IMG/VR virus record: IMGVR_UViG_2778261419_000003
Span: 1-42,828 of that record
Length of the DNA: 42,828 nt
From: a virus
Lineage: Duplodnaviria; Heunggongvirae; Uroviricota; Caudoviricetes
Reading direction: 5' to 3' (one strand)
Part shown: positions 8,818 through 17,020 of the stretch, piece by piece
Layout of the letters: each line of letters starts with the position of its first letter
Position numbering within the stretch: the first letter of the stretch is position 1
Position numbers and translations under genes: made by a program
Notes under the pieces: model-generated
The model's database searches: none
What the model was told of the DNA's origin: nothing
Seen by the model: only the letters and a program-made list of their open reading frames with translations

Positions 8818-9375
8818 ATGCAAACACTTTCTTTTCAACAGAATAACAGAGCGCCATCAGAGCACCTGAAATTCCAGTATCAACACAGTGAGGCTGAAGG
8901 CCAGCCGGTCGATCACCGGGCTATCTGTTCTGCCGTCCGCGCCTGGGCGGCGGCAGAGGGCCGCGTGGCGGTCGCTCTGGCGATTAAAGAGGCTGCCGAA
9001 CAGGCCGAGCTTGACAGCATTGACATGACCGGCAGCGCCGATGTGTGGAACGTGAAGCTGTTTCGCTGGCTGGACAACCACGAGAAATCACCGGCCTACC
9101 GGGCGAACGTCGAGCAGCTGGCGCCGGTAATAATTTCGGTTCTGCCGCTGGCGTACCGGGATCGCGTGATTAAGCACGACTGCTTTGCGGTTCGTGTCGC
9201 CAGGTCGGTGAAAGAAGACGCTGAGGCGATACAGGCTGTCGTCCTCAAAGCCCCCAGACACGAACGGATGAAGGAAATCAGCGAGAGCATCGTAGCCAAG
9301 CTCTACCTGGACGGACCTGATTCTGTGGCGCCCATTATGGCGATGGTTACAACGATGCTGGGTGGTGCGCTATGA
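8818..9375 (+). CDS. YdaT-like protein (CII-position regulator)
   Basis: 185 aa immediately after the cro-like gene with AGGAG SD; position and size as for ydaT of Rac-like prophages; sequence family not verified. Confidence 0.4.
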   Translation: MQTLSFQQNNRAPSEHLKFQYQHSEAEGQPVDHRAICSAVRAWAAAEGRVAVALAIKEAAEQAELDSIDMTGSADVWNVKLFRWLDNHEKSPAYRANVEQLAPVIISVLPLAYRDRVIKHDCFAVRVARSVKEDAEAIQAVVLKAPRHERMKEISESIVAKLYLDGPDSVAPIMAMVTTMLGGAL

Positions 9376-9459
9376 CGGGCTCAGAAATGGCGAAAGCCGC
9401 GGTGCTCGAACACCAACGGCTTTCAGGTGCAAAAACTGTGCGTAATTGCGGAGAACAGT

Positions 9460-10371
9460 ATGTCAAATACCGCTGAAATATTCAAATTCCCCACACAGCA
9501 GGGGAAACAGGAGAGCAGCATGGCTGAACTGGAGAAAGGCTATTTGCGCCTGGCCAACCAGATTCAGGATGCCCTGTGTATCGTCGAACTATCCGGGCGC
9601 GAGTTCCGGGTGCTGAATGCTATCGTTCGTCTGACCTATGGCTGGTCTAAGAGTTCTGACCGCATCGCCAATAGCCTCATTGCAGATAAAACGACGCTGA
9701 AGGTGAAACACGTCTCTGAAGCCGTGTTGAGCCTTGCCTATCGGAACATCATCATCCTGCGCCGCATTGGGCAAACCAGATACATAGGGATTAATACCAG
9801 CCTGGATAAATGGGCGTATACCAAGCCAAATTGCATGAAGTGTCCAGCGGTGTTTCCTGCTGCTGAAGTTGTCACATGGGTTATTACCATCCCTGAATTC
9901 AGGGATAGCAATTTTACCCCTTCAATCATCCCTGAAAACGGGGATAACCATCCCCAAAAACAGGGAGAGGTATCCCTGAAAACAGGGAACACCAAAGACA
10001 TTCTTCCAAATACAAATATAAATACAGATCTAACCCCCTCTAATCCCCCAAAGGGGAAGGGTAAGTTTGACCCGCTGACGATTCCCGTTCCTGAGTGGCT
10101 TGATTCTGTGTCCTGGAGTGAGTGGGTGGCCTACCGCCAACAGTCTGGCAAAGCCATCAAGACCGAAATGACGGTCACCAAAGCATTCAAGTTGCTCAAG
10201 GCTTGCCTGGACGCTGGGCATGACCCCGTTGATGTGATCAACACCAGTATCGCCAACGGGTACCAGGGACTGTTTAAACCGAAGTTCGCTCTCAACGCTC
10301 GCAAAACGGGCAGGGATGTGAACCGCATTTCTGAGCCAGACAAAACAATCCCACCCGGATTCAGGGGGTAA
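9460..10371 (+). CDS. O: Replication initiator protein O-like
   Basis: N-terminal domain matches lambda O (FRVLNAIVRLTYGWSK vs lambda FKVLLAILRKTYGWNK); ATG 9460 with GGAGAA SD preferred over the GTG at 9427; ori iterons lie inside the gene. Confidence 0.8.
   Translation: MSNTAEIFKFPTQQGKQESSMAELEKGYLRLANQIQDALCIVELSGREFRVLNAIVRLTYGWSKSSDRIANSLIADKTTLKVKHVSEAVLSLAYRNIIILRRIGQTRYIGINTSLDKWAYTKPNCMKCPAVFPAAEVVTWVITIPEFRDSNFTPSIIPENGDNHPQKQGEVSLKTGNTKDILPNTNINTDLTPSNPPKGKGKFDPLTIPVPEWLDSVSWSEWVAYRQQSGKAIKTEMTVTKAFKLLKACLDAGHDPVDVINTSIANGYQGLFKPKFALNARKTGRDVNRISEPDKTIPPGFRG
9889..10030. repeat. Lambda-type replication origin: four 18-bp iterons plus AT-rich tract inside the O gene
   Basis: ATCCCTGAATTCAGGGAT (9889-9906), ATCCCTGAAAACGGGGAT (9928-9945), ATCCCCAAAAACAGGGAG (9950-9967), ATCCCTGAAAACAGGGAA (9972-9989), then AT-rich CAAATACAAATATAAATACAG; resembles lambda ori iterons. 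Confidence 0.7.
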
Positions 10372-10373
10372 GC

Positions 10374-10712
10374 ATGCCAAGACCAAATACACCAGAAGAG
10401 CAGGCGGCACTTATCCGGGTGATCATCGAAGAGGTGAAAATCCGTGGACGCTTAACCGTTAGCGAGGCATCACAGATGTTGTCGCTGCATCGTCAGACTG
10501 CTGAGAAGTATTTCCGCGTAGCAGCCGAACGCGGCGAACTCATTCGTTACGGTCGTCTAGGTTTGTTCAGGGACCCAAAGGCTGTAATTGATTTCGATCT
10601 CCAACGATTCTCATACGGTTCGAGTAAGCCTCTGATTGAGTTACCAGCAGATTTTCGGGGAAGTGCGGTTATGCGTCGGGTTATAGATATCGTGGGGAGG
10701 ATGCCAGCATGA
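10374..10712 (+). CDS. Hypothetical replication-module protein
   Basis: 112 aa ORF directly downstream of the O-like gene; no recognised family; no lambda P / DnaC-like loader is seen in this window. Confidence 0.35.
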   Translation: MPRPNTPEEQAALIRVIIEEVKIRGRLTVSEASQMLSLHRQTAEKYFRVAAERGELIRYGRLGLFRDPKAVIDFDLQRFSYGSSKPLIELPADFRGSAVMRRVIDIVGRMPA

Positions 10713-10903
10713 CAACCGAAAAACTGGCGTTGAATTATGACCCAGCCGATCCCGACAAGATGCGATTACCGGCTGGCATAACATGTGGTAATTGCCACCA
10801 TATCCATCGTTGTAAAGCAATTTTTGGACACACGGAGTCGAACACATATTGCGATTGGTCACCGTCGCGATTTACTGCTGGCATTGGCGTGAAGGGGGAT
10901 TGA
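10709..10903 (+). CDS. Small Cys/His-rich zinc-ribbon-like protein (paralog copy 2)
   Basis: 64 aa, ...LNYDPADPDKMRLPAGITCGNCHHIHRCKAIFGHTESNTYCDWSPSR...; paralog of the 1669..1863 product. Confidence 0.5.
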   Translation: MTTEKLALNYDPADPDKMRLPAGITCGNCHHIHRCKAIFGHTESNTYCDWSPSRFTAGIGVKGD

Positions 10904-10904
10904 G

Positions 10905-11111
10905 ATGATTGCTGCAAACTACACAGTCAATCTCTACTGCGACTGCGATGAGTGCACCGGTAAGCAATGGGGAAGCCCAGATTTTGCCGAGTACATTGGA
11001 AATTCATGGTCTGGCTGCGCTAAAGAGGCGCGGCCACATGGCTGGCGTATCAGCAAGGATAGAACGCGAGCGTTCGCGCCAGGTCACAAGATTTCGAGGA
11101 CTAACCCATGA
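10905..11111 (+). CDS. Hypothetical small Cys-rich protein
   Basis: 68 aa ORF with CDCDEC motif; coupled between neighbouring genes. Confidence 0.35.
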   Translation: MIAANYTVNLYCDCDECTGKQWGSPDFAEYIGNSWSGCAKEARPHGWRISKDRTRAFAPGHKISRTNP

Positions 11112-11479
11112 CAACTATTACCAAAAAGCAACGCGCAGAGCTACGCATGAAGTTTGGCGGTCGCTGTACTTATTGTGGATGCGAACTACCAGAGAAAGGC
11201 TGGCATGCTTACCATGTAAAACCGGTCATTCGTTTTGATGGAAATATGCTTCACCAGGAACGTGACGATATATCAAACATGGTTCCAGCATGCCACCCAT
11301 GCAATCTGCACAAGCATTGCAGTAGCCTGGAAGATTACCGGCGAATTATCGGTGATGGTCGTCGTGAATTCCTTGTGTCCGGGAAAGGCAAAGCGCTGGT
11401 TCGTATGGGATTGGTTGAAATGAAATCTGACCCAGTGGTGTTCTGGTTCGAAAAATATCAAGAAGGAGCGTCAGCATGA
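11108..11479 (+). CDS. HNH endonuclease
   Basis: 123 aa; CTYCGC...H-x-H...ACHPCNLHK arrangement typical of the HNH zinc-finger nuclease motif. Confidence 0.75.
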   Translation: MTTITKKQRAELRMKFGGRCTYCGCELPEKGWHAYHVKPVIRFDGNMLHQERDDISNMVPACHPCNLHKHCSSLEDYRRIIGDGRREFLVSGKGKALVRMGLVEMKSDPVVFWFEKYQEGASA

Positions 11480-11955
11480 CAACTAACAACCACCCGGCGC
11501 ACGGTCCTGTATCACTCGATCGCCTGCACCAGATACGTGAAATACTCAGCAAAGCAGCAGCACAAAGCGACGGCGGTAATGTCGGCTATGCGATGGCTGA
11601 TGCTGTGAAGGTGATTAATGGAGTTCTGGAGTCGATGGCCCGTGAGCAAGTACGCCGTGAGCATGCTACATGGTCACAGGCTACTTTCGGCGATGTCGGT
11701 CCAGTTGGTCCTCTGAAGCACCTTTCTAAAGAAGCGCTCGAGGCTGCTGCTGAACCTGGCGACCTTAGCGAATGGGCTGACATGCAATTCCTGTTATGGG
11801 ATACGCAGCGTCGTGCCGGTATCAGTGATGAACAGATTACCCAAGCGATGGTAGAGAAGTTGGCGATTAACAAACAGCGCAAATGGCCTGAGCCGAAAGA
11901 CGGTGAGCCATGTGTACATGACAGAATGAATCATGAGCGTATTGATTTTAGCTGA
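11476..11955 (+). CDS. DUF550-like protein (putative dATP/dGTP pyrophosphohydrolase)
   Basis: 159 aa; resemblance to the DUF550 family common in lambdoid nin regions is from memory and not verified. Confidence 0.4.
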   Translation: MTTNNHPAHGPVSLDRLHQIREILSKAAAQSDGGNVGYAMADAVKVINGVLESMAREQVRREHATWSQATFGDVGPVGPLKHLSKEALEAAAEPGDLSEWADMQFLLWDTQRRAGISDEQITQAMVEKLAINKQRKWPEPKDGEPCVHDRMNHERIDFS

Positions 11956-12083
11956 CTCACCGTAGCAACAATGAATAATGTTTCGAGTGTATTTGATTAT
12001 GCATTGTGAGATGGACATTACTGAGAGTGTAAATCTTAGTTTATGATAATGGACAGCAATGAAATTATACCCGGAGAGCGATA

Positions 12084-12551
12084 ATGGATACTAAGAATGA
12101 AGTTGTGCAACATTCATCACCCCAGCAGGCAGTGAGAGTATTTGCCGAGGCCCTTGAACAAGCCGTTAGGGAGAACACTATAGAAGATTCGAACTCTCGG
12201 TCGCCTGGAAAAACTGTGCTTGATTCAAATTCAGAAATAAAATCTTCAACAATTGTCGGTGCTGGTGGATTGATCGGAACTGCTGGCGTTGCAGCCACTA
12301 CAGCTTCGGCCGTTACTGGTGGGTCAGCTGCTACTATAATGTCTGCAACAGCTGGAACAGTTGGAGCCAGTGTTGCATCTTTAGCAGGCGCAGCAGGAAC
12401 GGCAGGGGCTGCGTCGATCTCATCCGGAATGGCAGCCGTTGGTTCGGTTGTTGGAGGAGGAATGGCCGCCGGGGCAATAATCACAGCGGTGGCACCTGTC
12501 GCAGCAGTCGCAAGTGTTGCTTACTTGGCTTTTAAGCTTTTTGAAGATTAA
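12084..12551 (+). CDS. Gly/Ala/Ser/Thr-rich glycine-zipper membrane protein
   Basis: 155 aa; about 50 aa polar N-terminus then a long low-complexity G/A/T/S/V region ending in hydrophobic AVAPVAAVASVAYLAF; set in an AT-rich island. Confidence 0.45.
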   Translation: MDTKNEVVQHSSPQQAVRVFAEALEQAVRENTIEDSNSRSPGKTVLDSNSEIKSSTIVGAGGLIGTAGVAATTASAVTGGSAATIMSATAGTVGASVASLAGAAGTAGAASISSGMAAVGSVVGGGMAAGAIITAVAPVAAVASVAYLAFKLFED

Positions 12552-12756
12552 CTAACCTTTCATAAAGGCTGTTTAAGCAGGCTAATTTTCATATCTTAGT
12601 AAAGTTTCTGCTGGTTAATAATTAGCAGATACAAAACAGAATCCCGCGATTTCACGGCGGAGCCAGCTATGTTTGCTGAAGCACTGGTGCGTGCAAATTT
12701 GCCAGAGCTTTGTCAGCAGAAACAAATAGCGGCTTAATAAAACATTGCTAATTCAA

Positions 12757-12782
12757 CCCGCTACGGCGGGTTTTCTTTTTTT
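12757..12782 (+). terminator. Rho-independent terminator
   Basis: CCCGC-TACG-GCGGG hairpin followed by TTTTCTTTTTTT. Confidence 0.5.
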
Positions 12783-12844
12783 ACTACTGACAGAAAATTA
12801 ACAATTTGTGCTCTTAAAACGTTGATCATTTCCGTGCATAGGTA

Positions 12845-12864
12845 TACTGTATAAAAACACAGTA
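12845..12864. promoter_or_regulatory. LexA (SOS) box upstream of dinI
   Basis: TACTGTATAAAAACACAGTA fits the CTGT-N8-ACAG consensus; 18 nt upstream of the dinI start. Confidence 0.65.
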
Positions 12865-12882
12865 CATGCAATGGAGGCCATT

Positions 12883-13116
12883 ATGAAAGTTGAATTAACC
12901 ATTGATCGCATGAAAGAACTTCCTAAAGGCGCGGTACCAGCACTGGAGAAAGAATTGCTTAAGCGCCTGAATGATCACTATGACAATTGCAGGCTCACAA
13001 TCCGCCGTGCCGGGTCCGATGGGTTAAGTGTTTTCGGTGGAGACAAGGACGATAAAAAGAAAATCGAATCCATCCTCCAGGAAACCTGGGAAAGCGCTGA
13101 CGACTGGTTTTATTAG
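12883..13116 (+). CDS. dinI: DinI-family DNA damage-inducible protein
   Basis: C-terminus ...KKKIESILQETWESADDWFY matches E. coli DinI (ISEILQETWESADDWF); ATG 12883 with GGAGG SD. Confidence 0.85.
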   Translation: MKVELTIDRMKELPKGAVPALEKELLKRLNDHYDNCRLTIRRAGSDGLSVFGGDKDDKKKIESILQETWESADDWFY

Positions 13117-13233
13117 AATTGCGCTTAAGGCTGGCGCGCATTTATCAGAATACCGCAATTTGCGTAACCCTCTGATGCTGCTGCCGACAATCTTTAATCG
13201 CGTCTGTTAGTCGCTCGAAGGGAGAACATAAAT

Positions 13234-13482
13234 GTGAGTGATTCAGCTTTGCAAACGTCAGATGACAACTGGTATGACATTGTAAGAAGGTCTGACGGCT
13301 GCGTGGTGTTTAGCTTTCCTTCATCGGGCAGGCATCTAATTTATCGCGTCAATGGCATGGTTTCTATGCGGCCTTTGCTGGATGATGAAGAGGTCTTTAC
13401 TCCTAATGGTTTTATGCAGTTTATTCACCGTCTCGGCTACCGGGTAACCCCACCTTCTGATAATATGAAATCAACGGTCTGA
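13234..13482 (+). CDS. Hypothetical protein
   Basis: 82 aa ORF with GTG start and GGGAG SD; no recognised motif. Confidence 0.3.
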   Translation: MSDSALQTSDDNWYDIVRRSDGCVVFSFPSSGRHLIYRVNGMVSMRPLLDDEEVFTPNGFMQFIHRLGYRVTPPSDNMKSTV

Positions 13483-13516
13483 ACAACCGTAACCTACTGC
13501 GCCACGGAGAGAAACC

Positions 13517-14116
13517 ATGGCGCACGAACTACAACTCATCAAGCAGTCATCAGGAATCCTGATCCCCGCGACGCCGGAGACCAGCGATATTCTGCAATCA
13601 AAAATCAAACTCGGCGCCGTGCTGGTAGCCGAATTTCGCCAGGTGAGGAATCCCGCATTCCATCGCCGTTTTTTTGCGCTCCTGAATCTCGGGTTTGAAT
13701 ACTGGGAACCTACTGGAGGGGCGATATCCAGCAATGAGCGTAAGCTCGTAAATGGTTATGCTAAATTCCTCGCGGCATTTGGTGGAAACGAAGGCGCACT
13801 GCTGGATGCTGCCGAGCAATATCTGGACCGCATCGCCGATAAGCGCGCCGGTAGCATCAGCATCTGCAAATCCTATGATGCTTATCGCGCCTGGGTGATC
13901 GTCGAGTCTGGTCACTATGACGCTATTCAGCTTCCTGACGGAACACTTCGCAAACATCCCCGCAGTATTGCCTTCGCTAACATGGACGAAACCGAGTTCC
14001 AGCAGCTGTACAAAGCCGCGCTCGATGTTCTGTGGCGATGGATACTCTCCCGATCATTTCGCAGTTGTGAAGAGGCAGAAAACGCCGCCGCCCAGCTGAT
14101 GAGCTTTGCGGGGTGA
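13517..14116 (+). CDS. Hypothetical nin-region protein
   Basis: 199 aa ORF with AGGAG-like SD; resembles conserved lambdoid nin-region proteins; family not verified. Confidence 0.45.
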   Translation: MAHELQLIKQSSGILIPATPETSDILQSKIKLGAVLVAEFRQVRNPAFHRRFFALLNLGFEYWEPTGGAISSNERKLVNGYAKFLAAFGGNEGALLDAAEQYLDRIADKRAGSISICKSYDAYRAWVIVESGHYDAIQLPDGTLRKHPRSIAFANMDETEFQQLYKAALDVLWRWILSRSFRSCEEAENAAAQLMSFAG

Positions 14117-14322
14117 TGGCGATGAAATTTTCCTGGTTCCACCATCACGAATGCACCACCGAACAGGCCGACGAGCTGGTGGAGAAATACCGGGCGCGCG
14201 GTGTAAAGACAGAGCGCAGCCTGAATCGCGACAACATCACCTGGACCGTCAGCGCGCAATTGCCGGAAGGCGACAACGCGCCTCGCCCGAGCTGGGTATG
14301 GCAAAGCAAGGCGTGGGGGTGA
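14113..14322 (+). CDS. Hypothetical small nin-region protein
   Basis: 69 aa; start overlaps upstream stop and its stop overlaps the next start (tight coupling). Confidence 0.4.
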   Translation: MMAMKFSWFHHHECTTEQADELVEKYRARGVKTERSLNRDNITWTVSAQLPEGDNAPRPSWVWQSKAWG

Positions 14323-14324
14323 GC

Positions 14325-14615
14325 ATGGCAAATTTACGCAAAGAGGCTCGTGGTCGTGATTGTCAGGTTCGAATTCCCGGCGTCTGCAACGGTAACCCGG
14401 AAACGTCTGTACTGGCGCACATTCGCCTGGCCGGGTTATGTGGCACCGGAATCAAACCGCCTGATCTGATTGCCACCATTGCATGCTCTGCCTGTCACGA
14501 CGAGATCGACCGCCGTACACATTTTGTCGATGCTGAGTATGCTAAAGAATGCTCGCTGGAAGGTATGGCGAGAACGCAGGTCATCTGGCTTAAAGAGGGG
14601 CTCGTGAAAGCATGA
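14325..14615 (+). CDS. YbcO-like (DUF1364) putative nuclease
   Basis: [37 protein letters not shown]...[11 protein letters not shown] resembles DLP12 YbcO as recalled; internal ATG 14325 chosen over the extended ORF. Confidence 0.5.
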   Translation: MANLRKEARGRDCQVRIPGVCNGNPETSVLAHIRLAGLCGTGIKPPDLIATIACSACHDEIDRRTHFVDAEYAKECSLEGMARTQVIWLKEGLVKA

Positions 14616-14974
14616 ATGAATACCGCATTAGCCTCCCGTGGCCGCCGAGCAACAACCGCTACTACCGGCATAACCGCGGGCGCACGCACATCAGCACAGA
14701 GGGGCAGGCGTACCGCGACAGTGTCGCCAGAATCATCAAAGACTCAATGCTGGATATCGGCCTGGCTACACCCGTGAAAATCCGCATTGAGTGCCACATG
14801 CCGGATCGCCGTCGCCGTGACCTGGATAATCTGCAAAAGGCCGCTTTTGACGCACTCACCAAAGCAGGTTTCTGGCTGGACGATGCTCAGGTCGTTGATT
14901 ATCGCGTTGTGAAGATGCCCGTTACCAAAGGTGGAAAGCTGGAACTGACAATCACCGGGCTGGAGGCCGTATGA
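14612..14974 (+). CDS. rusA: Holliday junction resolvase RusA
   Basis: 120 aa; [13 protein letters not shown]...[16 protein letters not shown] motifs characteristic of RusA. Confidence 0.85.
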   Translation: MNEYRISLPWPPSNNRYYRHNRGRTHISTEGQAYRDSVARIIKDSMLDIGLATPVKIRIECHMPDRRRRDLDNLQKAAFDALTKAGFWLDDAQVVDYRVVKMPVTKGGKLELTITGLEAV

Positions 14975-15107
14975 CATTTGAATCCTGTTTTTCCGATCAC
15001 CTCCGCGTTCGCTGGCAGCGGCTTCGCTTATACCACTTTCCCGGCTCTGTGCTAACGGACTACCGGATACTGAAGAATTACGTGAAAACTTATGCTGGAG
15101 AAGCGCT

Positions 15108-15923
15108 ATGAACCTTGAAAACACAGTGAAATACCACTTCGCTAAATCCACACTGATTAGCGATTCTCCGCGCGCTACCGTCTCCGATTCACTGACCGGT
15201 ACCGACATAATGGCTGCCATGGGCATGACGCAGGAACGCGCCGCAATGGGTTACAGCGCCTTCCTCGGCAAGATGGGCATAAGCAATAACGACCGGGATC
15301 GGGCGATCGGTCTGCTGGCTGAGTACGCGATGACAAAATGCGACAAGGTTGCCGCACTGCGTAAGCTCGGTGCCGCGGTTAAACCTCAGGTGATGCACCA
15401 GTTGGCCACCTTCGCTTTTGAGGACTATTCCCGCAGCGCTGCCAGCGTGAAGCAGTGCGATTGTTGTGACGGTCAGGGCTTCATTGAGGCTGACGTGTTC
15501 ACAATGAAATCTCATTATTCAATGAGGATTCCTCAATGGGCGAAAGAGCTTGGTCAGTCACCGAGTGATTTCGAGGTTAAACGACAGGTTCGAGAGGTGG
15601 TTCGAGTGCTGTGCTCGAACTGCAAGGGGAAGAAGGTTGTCAGTTGTGCCTGCAATGATTGCCGGGGACGTGGGAAAGCCGTAGACCAGAAGGAAACGAA
15701 GAAACAGGGGGTGCCGGTTATGACTGACTGCAAGCGCTGCGGCGGGCGTGGATATGAACGCATTCCTTCAACTGAGGCCCACGCAGCTATTTGCCAGATT
15801 ACGGATGTAATCAGCCTGGATACGTGGAAGAAGTCCGTTAAACCGTTCTATGATCAGCTGATTACGAAATTCGATATTGAAGAGGCATGGGCAGAAAACC
15901 AACTGAAACAAATAACACGATAA
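15108..15923 (+). CDS. Q: Late-gene antiterminator Q-like protein
   Basis: 271 aa Cys-rich protein (CxxC clusters) immediately upstream of a terminator and the lysis genes. Confidence 0.6.
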   Translation: MNLENTVKYHFAKSTLISDSPRATVSDSLTGTDIMAAMGMTQERAAMGYSAFLGKMGISNNDRDRAIGLLAEYAMTKCDKVAALRKLGAAVKPQVMHQLATFAFEDYSRSAASVKQCDCCDGQGFIEADVFTMKSHYSMRIPQWAKELGQSPSDFEVKRQVREVVRVLCSNCKGKKVVSCACNDCRGRGKAVDQKETKKQGVPVMTDCKRCGGRGYERIPSTEAHAAICQITDVISLDTWKKSVKPFYDQLITKFDIEEAWAENQLKQITR

Positions 15924-16009
15924 CGGCTATGGAAGTTAATTCCAGCTATTTACTTTTCCCGAATCTGTGTTAATTTTATCCCAACGATGGGTTAATGCCT
16001 TCGTTTCAA

Positions 16010-16045
16010 GCCCCGCGGATAACACCGTGGGGCTTTTGCGTTTCT
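16010..16045 (+). terminator. tR'-like intrinsic terminator downstream of Q
   Basis: GCCCCGCGG-ataacac-CGTGGGGC hairpin followed by TTTTGCGTTTCT. Confidence 0.5.
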
Positions 16046-16080
16046 GGAGGTAACGGCGAGGCGCTACCCTCGCCTTAACA

Positions 16081-16491
16081 TTAAGGGAGGGTTTTCATTA
16101 CGCTATCAATCTCCCTTCCTTCAAATCTTGAAGTCCAGCCGCAGGAGCCGCAATGGTAAGGAAAGTCATCGAACCCGCTACCGACCTGTTTAAGACAGTT
16201 GGGGCAATAAACCGCGCTGATATACCCACCCGCGGGATTTTTTCTAAAGGCCGCACCCATGTGCTCGACAAACTCATCCTTTGCCCGATAAGCCGCTATT
16301 TCCTTCTCAAGTTCTACGTTCTTGGCTTTCGCCTCGGCAAGTTCTGCTATGGTGGCAGCATGGGCTTTTTGAAGTACGTCGATCTGCTCTCCAATGAAAG
16401 CGATGCGCTCGCGCAGGACCTCGTTACTTTGCACAGCAGAAAGCGCGCCGATCCCGTTTTTAAGGGACGCGATAAGTAATCCTACATCCAT
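16081..16491 (-). CDS. Antisense moron: coiled-coil protein with C-terminal zinc ribbon
   Basis: Minus-strand ORF between Q and the holin; AGGGA SD 6 nt before ATG 16489-16491; coiled-coil N-half; C-terminal CPNC-x14-CGSC zinc ribbon. Confidence 0.5.
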   Translation of the reverse strand: MDVGLLIASLKNGIGALSAVQSNEVLRERIAFIGEQIDVLQKAHAATIAELAEAKAKNVELEKEIAAYRAKDEFVEHMGAAFRKNPAGGYISAVYCPNCLKQVGSGFDDFPYHCGSCGWTSRFEGREIDSVMKTLP

Positions 16492-16504
16492 GGTCATTCC
16501 CTAA

Positions 16505-16549
16505 TTGTCTGTGGAATGACCAATTTAGCAATTTCCTTTGTCTGTGGAA
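16505..16549. repeat. Two 12-bp direct repeats upstream of the antisense moron
   Basis: TTGTCTGTGGAA at 16505-16516 and 16538-16549 (33 bp apart); adjacent palindrome CCACGC-N5-GCGTGG at 16560-16576. Confidence 0.4.
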
Positions 16550-16605
16550 AGCAGGGAAACCACGCGCCGGGCGTGGATAAATATCCCGGTATTGAATCGA
16601 CTGTT

Positions 16606-16628
16606 GGCTGCCGCTTGGCGGCCTTTTT
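16606..16628 (+). terminator. Intrinsic terminator-like hairpin upstream of holin
   Basis: GGCTGCC-gctt-GGCGGCC hairpin followed by TTTTT. Confidence 0.4.
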
Positions 16629-16741
16629 CATTTCAGGCTCACGGGAATCATCCGCTACGTGCTTTGTTGATAAATCCAGCCCGTGAAGCCTGAGCCTTTT
16701 CATACACGCACAGCGCCATCCGAAAAATCGGAGGTGAGGCT

Positions 16742-17020
16742 ATGACCAGAATGAGCACCATTTACAGCAGACTTTCATATGGAACAGGAACCACGCTGAC
16801 CGGCTGCGGTGTATCAGCGAAGGCATATGCCGAAACAGCTAAAACAGCAAAAGAGGTGTCCTGGATGTTGGCCGACAGAATTGCAGGGTTAAGCCTGAGC
16901 GACTGGGCAATTATTGTCGGTATCGCATGCACTGTAATCACCTGTGCAGTGAATTGGTATTACAGGAAAAAGGAAAGGGAGGACCGGCTTAATGGCAATG
17001 TCACCAAAGCTGAAGAATAG
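16742..17020 (+). CDS. S: Pinholin (phage 21 S21-like, class II) with dual-start motif
   Basis: M-T-R-M dual start (ATG 16742 and 16751); ...[29 protein letters not shown] resembles S21; GGAGGTGAGG SD. Confidence 0.75.
   Translation: MTRMSTIYSRLSYGTGTTLTGCGVSAKAYAETAKTAKEVSWMLADRIAGLSLSDWAIIVGIACTVITCAVNWYYRKKEREDRLNGNVTKAEE

Noticed and set aside
12065-12484. Minus-strand 139 aa ORF antisense to the Gly/Ala-rich gene
   Set aside because: Low-complexity GC-rich repeats leave both strands open; the plus-strand ORF has a sensible N-terminus, an upstream AT-rich promoter region and a terminator, so the antisense frame is probably spurious, although I cannot fully exclude it.
14106-14324. Extended N-terminus of the YbcO-like ORF
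   Set aside because: The extension overlaps the separately coupled 69 aa ORF in another frame and is Arg/Gly-rich junk-like; the MANLRK start at 14325 is directly coupled to the upstream stop.
16153-16479. Plus-strand 108 aa ORF overlapping the antisense moron
   Set aside because: The minus-strand frame encodes a coherent coiled coil plus a four-Cys zinc ribbon and has a usable SD; the plus-strand frame has no recognisable features. Retained the minus-strand call with moderate confidence only.
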